Part shown: piece by piece, positions 59,201 to 64,000 of the stretch | Layout of the letters: each line of letters begins with the position of its first letter | How positions within the stretch are numbered: the stretch's first letter is position 1 | Assembly: GCA_964637295.1 (NCBI GenBank) | Contig: CAZWWE010000001.1 | Span: 121,808-185,807 of the forward strand | Direction: 5' to 3' | Origin: an uncultured Pseudomonadales bacterium | GTDB taxonomy: Bacteria; Patescibacteriota; Microgenomatia; UBA1400; PJMF01 | DNA: 64,000 nucleotides | Notes under the pieces: generated by a model | What the model was told of the DNA's origin: nothing | What the model saw: the letters and a program-made list of their open reading frames with translations, nothing else | Database searches by the model: none | Translations under genes and position numbers: made by a program

Positions 59201-62200
59201 AAAATTTTTTGCAACTCAGCCAGCAAATTTTCCACTTGCTCCGCAGAATTAAGTAGCGAAGCTAAGGGTAAAGAAAGAGAGCTGGCCAAAGTTGCGCCAA
59301 GCCCTTCGATTTCAGTTTGATTAATGAATTGTTTAGTTTTAAAGACATTTATTACTAGTCTAATAAATTCTTGGCCAACATCTTTGCCCGAAGTTAACAA
59401 GTCAGATAAGTTCTGCAACGAGTCACTATCAAAACTAAAGCCAGCGGCTTGTAAAGATTTAATTAATTCCAACAAAGTTCTTCGCTTATTTAAGAGATCG
59501 TCAGTTTGAGCAAGTAGAGTGGTTTGATTTGTTAATGCTTGTTCTAAAATTGCCAGCTGAGCTTCTATGCGCTTTTGCTCCTGATCAGCGACCAATTGTT
59601 GAGCAATCCTTTTTTTAACACGATCGATAAAGGTTTCAGTTGTTTTTAAATTTAAATCCAAATCTTTCAATTGAAGAGTAGAATCAATTTGTTCTTGTTC
59701 CAATGTTTCACTTTGCTGCCTTAACCGGGTAAGTTTTTGAGCGGCTTCAGCCGAGAGTTGAGTTTTGCTCTCTTGGTTTGGAGACAAAGGCAAAATACTC
59801 AAGGCTGGGAGATCAGCTACTGGCTGATTTTCTTGCAGTTTTACTACTAATTGAGCAGCTGGAGTTTTGTGAGTAAAAAATCTTCCTCGATTTTGCCCAC
59901 TGTTTTTTACTTTTGCGTAAAATTCTGATAAACCGCCATCAATGTTACTTACTCTTGAATCTTTAGGCTGCTCATTTTCAGAATGACCATGGACAATCTG
60001 AGTAGCAGATAAAACCCTAAGCAGGTTATCCACGGTTGGCGTGTTCAGTCTTCCTCTATCGCTCAAATCCTCCATTAATCTTCTAAAATTACCAAAACCA
60101 TCTTTGCCACTTACAATTAGTTTAACCTTATCATTGATCGCGCTCACACTTTTTCCAAGTTTTAAGTATTTATCTGTATCACTGTGCATATAAAGCACTC
60201 CGTCAACAATTGTCACTACATCTAAGCTCATTAGCCATTCGGCAAGTTGGGGATAATTGAGTAAAAACAATAATTCATCATTGGTAATTCCAGGACTCAT
60301 GCCAGTAGAACTTGCCAGATCAACTAAATTAGCTAGACTTGCATTAGGTCTACTTTTTTGAAAATTAAAAAATCTATGATAGGCAAAAAGAGCATTAATG
60401 TCATGATTGCCCAGTAAAACTTTAATTCGAGGAGTTCCATCGGCAAAATTACCAGCTTCTCGAACTAAGTTCATAATTTTTAAGGCAGTTTCAACACTAT
60501 TTACACCTTTTGGACCACGACCTATCAGATCACCCGTTAAAATTAACTGATCATTCTCTCCACCAATCCACTTGCCTTTTTTGTCAAGTAAAGCCGTAGG
60601 CAGTTTGTGTCCGTTTTCATCTTTTGTTTGACCGCTAAGTAATCTTAGCAAGGCATTCCAATCACCATGAACATCACCAATTGCTGTCACGTTCCGTACT
60701 TGAGCTTCATTATTTTGAGTGGAGATTTGCAGCTGTGCAGCAGATAAATGTCGACCGGCAAACCACTGCCAATTGGTTAGAGATGAGAAAATTTGTTGAG
60801 TGTAAGCTTGGACATTTTGGGGATCATTGGAGAAAGCTGGGTCTCTTGCTAAAGCACTACTAACATTAGCAGGTTTTATAAGCTGATTAACAGCATATTT
60901 TATCCATTCAACCATTTCACTTCTAAGCTGAGCTTCATTCAAGTGATTTATTTGTTGTTCTTGAATAAGTCGTTTCAACCCTTTCTTTATTTGAAAGTCA
61001 ATTATGGCGACATTAGCTTCAAGTATTTTTTCTGCTACTTGAGCCTGCTTTTCTTGGGAACTTTGTAGCTGATTTTGCTCAATTAAGTTTTTTATTTGCT
61101 GATCGATTGAAGCTAATTCTGCTGCTATTCTTGACAGATCTGCTGACTTTTGAGCAATCCTCGTATCAAGTTGCTTTTTCCATTCTTCATTTCTTTCTAA
61201 AATTTCATTAAGAGTAGCGATTTCAACTTTTTGTTGTTTCAGGTTATCAAGCTCAATGGTTAAATCGCTGATGGCTGCCTTAATTGAACTAATTTGATCA
61301 GTGATTTGTCGACGACCAGTTAAGAGCGCCTCGAGTGAATAGGCTATTGGGTCTATTGTCAAATCTATTGAATCACTAGCCAGAATCTCTTCTATTGCTG
61401 GTTCAACTGCTGGTTGTTCTATTGCTGGCTCTATTGCTGGCTCTATTGCTGGCTCTATTGCTGGCTCTATTGCTGGCTCTACTGACTGCTCTACAATTGG
61501 CTCATTGATTACTTTTATTTCTTCAATGAATTCTTCTAAAGAATAAATTAGATTTACTGATCCATCAGCATCAGTTTTAGCCTGAGCAATCACTATCAAT
61601 TTAATCTGATTATTAGGATCACTTAAGGCAATTATGTCCCCTTCTCTAAGAGGATACTTTTGTTGAGAAGGAATTCTTTGGTCATTAACATAAGTCCCGT
61701 TAGTACTGCCCACATCTATAATAAATGGACGTCCATTTTCAATGATAAACTGAGCATGGTTTCTAGAAACTTGTGAATTATTAATAATAATGTCATTTAA
61801 ATCATTTCTACCCAAATTAATTATTACTTCTGAAACTGGCTCTGAAAATCCATATTGTTTAATCAACTCTACTTGACGTTTAAAAATTTGTTGACTTGTT
61901 TCAGATCCGAAAAATGAATTAAGTAAATATTCAATAGCCTTACGATTACTGATTGGTTCTCTAGATCCAACTTGAGCTAATTGTGAATGATAGAAATCAA
62001 CAACTTCATACAAGTTTGCGCTGAGCTGATAAATATCTTTAAATGTTGGTAAAAACTTATCGCCTGTAACATCAATCATGGCTTGCACCAATAATAAGCC
62101 AGAAAAATATGACCATTCATAAACACCCAGATTACTTTTGTTGGGTAAGATTGCATCTAAAAGAGTATCGGTCAACGGACTTTGAACTGATTTTGCACTT

Positions 62201-64000
62201 TGCTGTAAACGCACAAATATTTCTTGTCGAACAAATAATTCAGCTTGTTTTAAAGAATCTGCCACAGGAAGACCGCTTACTTTGCGTCCTACATACATGG
62301 CAATTCCTTCACTTAAATCTGCCAAGGGAGATAATCCCAGTAGGAGATGAGTATGCTCATGAGCAATTACTTCAGATACTTCTTGATAGCTCATTTCATC
62401 TGCAAATGATTGTAACGAGTAATTTTTAGTATTTTGAGCATAAGATCTTGGTAAAACATCAGGTGACAAAAAAATAGTTTCGTGAAAGTTCGCGGCTACT
62501 TGATCTAAAACTCCTTCAGCACTCAACATCGCCCACATAGCCCGTGCGGAATAATCACTAATTATATTATTCAAAGACAGAGATTGTTCGTATTCAACAC
62601 CAGCAAAATTAAATTCGTTTGAATAATGGAAAGTATTAACGATTTGACCATTGATAAGAATGTCTACCGATTGAAAGTTGCCAAGTTTATTTTTATCTAG
62701 TTTTAGACTGCCGTCTGGCCAATTTGTTGACTCACTTGCTAAAAGTGCTAGCGGATTTTTTTGAGAAGATTGCACACTAAATGCTTGACTACTGCCATCT
62801 GAGCCAATAAAAATATATTTAGCCGTAAATAATTTTTTATTTAACAAATTCCTGAAATTCTCCAGGGGAGTTTTAACCACTTCTATCAAAAGATTTTCTT
62901 CTAAATCAATGCTTGCTCCTGGCAAAATCAATCGCTCATTTTTATTAATAAGATCAATCACTTTTAACACTTGATCTGAATGATTAATAAAACGCTTTGA
63001 GTTGTTCTGCTCAACAATTAAATAATCAGTGGCGCGAAATTCTCTGTTCTGGCCAAAGTTCTGCCAAGCACTTACAGCAGCTTCTGCCACCAAACCAAGA
63101 TTTTTTGTACTTAAACCTCCTGCTTTTTCTAAATCAGCTGGCAAAAGGCGACGCAAGCCACCACTGCGATATTGTTCTGCCAAACTGGCGATTGTTTTTT
63201 CTTCCGCCAAGGTTTGAATGGTCGCTTGATCATCGAGTTGGCTCTTGACGCTAGCTATCTGCTTTTCTAATTGAGCTTTATCTGCTTCATGGTCAATTAG
63301 TGCCAATTGCGTTTGTAAATTTTGCAATTGATCTTGGTACTCGGCTTTAATTGTGGCTACTTGTGCAGCCACTTGACTGGAATTTTCTGTTAACAATTGA
63401 GCCGTATTGACTGAACCGCGCCATAAATTTCCCAACCAAGTGGGGAAACGCAGCAATCGATTACTTGTAGTTAGTGCATTTGGTGCATTTTGAGCAACTT
63501 GAGCTGTATCTACTCGGCCAACTCCATCCGCTTGATCATTTTGTTGAACTCCATTTTCTTGCTGAGCTTGATTTTCCTGCTGAGCTTCGTTTTCTCGTTG
63601 AGCTTGATTTTCCTGACTTTCTTGATTTGCTCGACCAACACTTTGTTCGATTTGATTGCGTATTAGCTCTGCGGTTGAACTGCGATCGGTAAAAGCAATC
63701 TCTACATCATCTAAATGTTTGGAGCTTTGATTGATTAATTCCACAATTTGACGATAAGAAGGAGTTTTCCCCAAAGGCTGATATTGCTCATCACCTGTAA
63801 ATCCCAAGGCAATGCGTTGTTCTCCCAAGGCTCCATCGGCTCGCCTGGCCAATAACTTGGCCGGCTCGCCACTGCCTGCCAGCAAGCGATTGAGCTGTTC
63901 ATAAGTTGTTGCTACTTGCAAAGCAGTTTTTTCTAATTTTGCTTGTGCGGTTAAATCATCAGTACTCAACAAATAATTCATTTGACTTGTTTCTTTCCAT
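50218..64000 (-). CDS. Giant multi-enzyme protein (at least 4587 aa; probably 5'-truncated): Zn-peptidases, FHA, metallophosphoesterase, M48, ABC1/UbiB kinase
   Basis: Frame is open from the window edge (WKETSQ precede the ATG at 63981). Motifs: HEHTH+EG (~62350), FHA GR..SRNH..STNGT (61590-61830), GDVHGD/GDLIGRG/GNHD/HGHS (59900-60700), HEVDH (~57470), NAFALP..HEFSH..EYKAD (~55000), GGGS..KVLK..HSDLHIGN..VID (50750-51700). Confidence 0.9.
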   Translation of the reverse strand, partial: WKETSQMNYLLSTDDLTAQAKLEKTALQVATTYEQLNRLLAGSGEPAKLLARRADGALGEQRIALGFTGDEQYQPLGKTPSYRQIVELINQSSKHLDDVEIAFTDRSSTAELIRNQIEQSVGRANQESQENQAQRENEAQQENQAQQENGVQQNDQADGVGRVDTAQVAQNAPNALTTSNRLLRFPTWLGNLWRGSVNTAQLLTENSSQVAAQVATIKAEYQDQLQNLQTQLALIDHEADKAQLEKQIASVKSQLDDQATIQTLAEEKTIASLAEQYRSGGLRRLLPADLEKAGGLSTKNLGLVAEAAVSAWQNFGQNREFRATDYLIVEQNNSKRFINHSDQVLKVIDLINKNERLILPGASIDLEENLLIEVVKTPLENFRNLLNKKLFTAKYIFIGSDGSSQAFSVQSSQKNPLALLASESTNWPDGSLKLDKNKLGNFQSVDILINGQIVNTFHYSNEFNFAGVEYEQSLSLNNIISDYSARAMWAMLSAEGVLDQVAANFHETIFLSPDVLPRSYAQNTKNYSLQSFADEMSYQEVSEVIAHEHTHLLLGLSPLADLSEGIAMYVGRKVSGLPVADSLKQAELFVRQEIFVRLQQSAKSVQSPLTDTLLDAILPNKSNLGVYEWSYFSGLLLVQAMIDVTGDKFLPTFKDIYQLSANLYEVVDFYHSQLAQVGSREPISNRKAIEYLLNSFFGSETSQQIFKRQVELIKQYGFSEPVSEVIINLGRNDLNDIIINNSQVSRNHAQFIIENGRPFIIDVGSTNGTYVNDQRIPSQQKYPLREGDIIALSDPNNQIKLIVIAQAKTDADGSVNLIYSLEEFIEEIKVINEPIVEQSVEPAIEPAIEPAIEPAIEPAIEQPAVEPAIEEILASDSIDLTIDPIAYSLEALLTGRRQITDQISSIKAAISDLTIELDNLKQQKVEIATLNEILERNEEWKKQLDTRIAQKSADLSRIAAELASIDQQIKNLIEQNQLQSSQEKQAQVAEKILEANVAIIDFQIKKGLKRLIQEQQINHLNEAQLRSEMVEWIKYAVNQLIKPANVSSALARDPAFSNDPQNVQAYTQQIFSSLTNWQWFAGRHLSAAQLQISTQNNEAQVRNVTAIGDVHGDWNALLRLLSGQTKDENGHKLPTALLDKKGKWIGGENDQLILTGDLIGRGPKGVNSVETALKIMNLVREAGNFADGTPRIKVLLGNHDINALFAYHRFFNFQKSRPNASLANLVDLASSTGMSPGITNDELLFLLNYPQLAEWLMSLDVVTIVDGVLYMHSDTDKYLKLGKSVSAINDKVKLIVSGKDGFGNFRRLMEDLSDRGRLNTPTVDNLLRVLSATQIVHGHSENEQPKDSRVSNIDGGLSEFYAKVKNSGQNRGRFFTHKTPAAQLVVKLQENQPVADLPALSILPLSPNQESKTQLSAEAAQKLTRLRQQSETLEQEQIDSTLQLKDLDLNLKTTETFIDRVKKRIAQQLVADQEQKRIEAQLAILEQALTNQTTLLAQTDDLLNKRRTLLELIKSLQAAGFSFDSDSLQNLSDLLTSGKDVGQEFIRLVINVFKTKQFINQTEIEGLGATLASSLSLPLASLLNSAEQVENLLAELQKILHESARLVAEKQRKTELINVIGEWQTNSGQALLIADPLETLTLEELEQIARHIENSQSVNAQKIDPILEENLSQNVNSDEDENLEIIEIDEIRSVLLDKFSASDEGIMRASKSKAVLANSQQLSHKILTWLVEKGIEDENSIESFSSALNEQFNSFGYVRLDFLEHTEILINKKKAAQLDVNFIVTSELIKTLALGGFEYENTNRVVFHHYLNEGTAQLLALTVKHEGLSEQELLQELLSEHITVNYKSEVIRLLLLLTATSREDGKNPVIGTSELAQMYFSTEEKELKSNLFGIKLGQATVSSVKETMINIWLNFEELSQEDQLVSDLGVGEADQLFDQTEEKIRSPKQLLDLITNDTSSNLDFAKNYLDSLVKAGLATILTDGSYEINAKKISSLPYFIEREFIFRAKSLYPDIQYAISNLMDSIKKQDVSIELQQVLINKLLDPQAKIFFNQAGAAASLEEYFKEIYQESVEIIRISVERLSDQQIADIATILTDEQQLSRFLSLSRDLPIATILIKKNGKEVTVPIISSVFEESANAYAQPIKDNDTLHPIFINNKLNRRSLFDCITTITHEVDHAVDRLAKPRRTEQNTNEVLDYIFDSSRFDSDSISSLTQILKENDHFTYETERNLSTFIGEMGGERASARFLQTFSNGLKKQGQSNQLIGAIDFSIFSNYVNRAASINLSYLRPYALGMVLGEKIEAKYGSTEFLRIIHDTPSDFATLLFKDVFAELQRRLQQRAPFFNTLLALEVDKDEKLVINLNDFDKVIPQLQMEKDLPSSINLLQAFSAIDELSIYIEVAKSIPGQPKKWQDVAIVLKKIISHLSSQNKIFIDYVKNSAVSEIRDSDIENLKHELEMLFRIYKNDLPPEITSSQDLRKIIFSIAFKKTAAKFSFDKEINEYQQELNDLLSQLFENEMGNFSYFTGQDLSLPIILNEAGIQTVDLLKFQELKKKILLEIRYKDYLLNHLIEVNLTDNPSFTETENRFRSALNSINVEYQSLQTDSPESNLLDFSSLCSDCNQVRLDTQAGVEKANALMQEAEALLVQVGEAETAGDLKQAQTLTQQAADKKQAALKQLSDTRLQVVNSHGMQNQCVQLYLNAWVDTKEAEIRQTKADTTRAITSVYQATLIAKQILASKQMTIVTKPGFLSIGRQTETLNLTPQEISDVNDLLEGNQAAAIVGLKQMAEFEEKAGKLNRNKLIGGVLQGIKNVISRRFSFFTFFDQARILKTDASVLLKRGFTQNFNQEERNSKLNSYITSVLDLDKKMNLIPLSQEIALNSTDHIQGNWQRSKEEVLEEIRNILNAEHYNTRFLSTDDEMVRDIQTFVDQLADLINQERAEAGKEPLPKAKVYVSLNQGLNAFALPDGSLVVNQGLINALETKDQLFAILVHEFSHFEDNFLNWNDMLSELTSGRAQEYKADRTSLLRLGRLGYQPKAFQGAAEIIGSYSDNRTAKKSFWGNRGVQLFNMSKFKIISDLDHGSLFNRNINLEVAFNFQELGIAENIRPTAMPFSWKKATNFGFIYELSNSKKNAVWEGLYSAANPSIKKQYYENFVPDFRKRVSNTKDYINNSSKKSIGFWQKLYNTILFQQTLEIIDQEFKKFDYLLRDLHVNTDQLKGIKLLWISSYSSTDRFGDLYNHVDLFFEAFHFNFLFDYDKLYFSISPLFFKTRNLVNKLKPSDADLNSQYYEELLNKDPWSSLLEKNKPDLVLKPQSILDFQLSSRREFLKNKNLRKTISDLFDDVEKEFPLIIQFAGGLNLGKQAYAHSISYHLYSLSLDLQDRLISEIRLNDLDPEPYLDRLINLMLQNPNWSKDQILEYSNNNFKYSELKKREEYFNYIKKKLDLNEKRNDDTDTYIDLSAYKGVSKLNQPEQEIKIQEFNQKILTIFTKNKPVTRFDVDTLSDFLNHSFLELEDRVFLNNLLVKFALNENNFKQIFSGEADIESNSFILAQHFILTFFKNSFLLSDFDDQTNIDQAFLDLNRQLQDQYLDYLKSLIYDKEWQILAEYFDEIREACKNTPLSNKNFSLFSNFTIIQELQNYLNTLNISDINQDISGFRPGIHFAPETINFSVSTQLRWFFELANGRYASAIDRTAGEEYYFGTNEVEANLLKPLISYELKFVEEKSKNLQGVDLYNFLEKNFPSLQTKNQILEEIAIKLFQELPFNEAYDFLKQSLENGHNQYIHFFLESHVKTFEEYKIISEDQSLNQSLGSEQKSLDRTVAVDTLVSNYITNMNETDLLGFFEASIKGDHEKVKYYLAKYYSSLLTYDRDSGSLQAFSIIASYLIHKKTSVFVDENGNLSGPGLTSFPTFEEFVASFYNLSKLEKTAFIAKLLSEKLLLNEDNHLKIATFLTDQLEDSEELNLKPLLKNIISSTLSQVEGSTRIELGISRALADSFLQGNPRAVSNNYAVETIISENLPSDVAEDYREKVRKMLTNLFNQDKNIVINKNSNYQFVFDLNAQFENIALRSLKKFGIKREPIQNLSNNGKIQTGQFIVELAKSLGSLGVRFLQVFGQYFDLPKELQQEFLSVYDNASNLYMANLFQSAETAIDSLQNPANAASQEEIDYNLAQAKQLKELLPNIRIIKKIGGGSINTTYLVEILNPTNDEITMKVLKISNPNVIIDVAETRTLVESVVNDLQKLDKSNKKNYEVVQRLINTLEQWNTEDIQDKNFISNDILFNQLYPHQSRFGFTFNTSNKHEIYNRWIKIEDYVEGDTLKNLIANFENELISENHHVNNQDNERAKRIEELISDIVTDYVKHLNYPVTLADGKTAYILHSDLHIGNIMADEALSNVSVIDRSYYLVLSQEEVDLIKILLSNQETDFHKFVNLTRYLLNSNQVRKSGLFNYWKAYASYLRVALKEKLIKRDTDSNSQISFFNAMMQETDRLKLEFPLNMRLFVKNMAAINRMLLRIGNDHLSDYINGTEKTIYDGKSFLESIGLDVFGLESFETNSDNLNDEEILLNSLYEKLKNQIVFNPFSFSFLYT
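61419..61478. repeat. 12-bp tandem repeat x5 encoding (EPAI)n linker
   Basis: ctattgctggct x5 exact, with degenerate copies on both sides (61389-61503). Confidence 0.95.
63553..63627. repeat. Degenerate 18-bp coding repeat (ENQAQQ-like)
   Basis: QENQAQ-RENEAQ-QENQAQ-QEN in the giant ORF. Confidence 0.75.

Noticed and set aside
61389-61503. CRISPR-like repeat
   Set aside because: 12-bp head-to-tail in-frame coding repeat without spacers; no cas genes.

Overview
AT-rich chromosomal window from a Patescibacteria (CPR) genome, most likely Microgenomates. This is inferred from the N-terminally truncated IF-2, short HrcA, 71-aa ATP synthase delta, stand-alone 5'-3' exonuclease and frequent leaderless starts; genetic code 11. 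About 50 kb is housekeeping: pnp, rpsO, infB-nusA, hrcA-grpE-dnaK-dnaJ, F-type ATP synthase, ftsH, ddl, a Xer-family recombinase, two CAU tRNAs, groES-groEL, a tsaC-tsaE fusion plus tsaD, smpB, two cytidylate kinases, two class A PBPs, nrdR-nrdJ and GH18/GH39 hydrolases. The last 13.8 kb is a giant ORF (at least 4587 aa, still open at the window edge) that strings together several Zn-peptidase modules, an FHA domain, a metallophosphoesterase and an ABC1/UbiB-type kinase. The most unusual signals are non-coding. (1) A family of 75-81-nt hairpins sits between a strong Shine-Dalgarno and the start codon of nusA, dnaK and groEL, giving a split or bridged RBS. (2) A second family of four long-stem elements occurs right after the hrcA, xer and nrdR stop codons and in the nusA leader; three are three-way junctions, all fold better on the antisense strand, and the best copy holds two inverted dif-like 11-6-11 sites. 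(3) An SD-sequestering riboswitch-like leader follows a DUF2294/MpsC gene. All calls are from reading motifs by eye; no searches were run.
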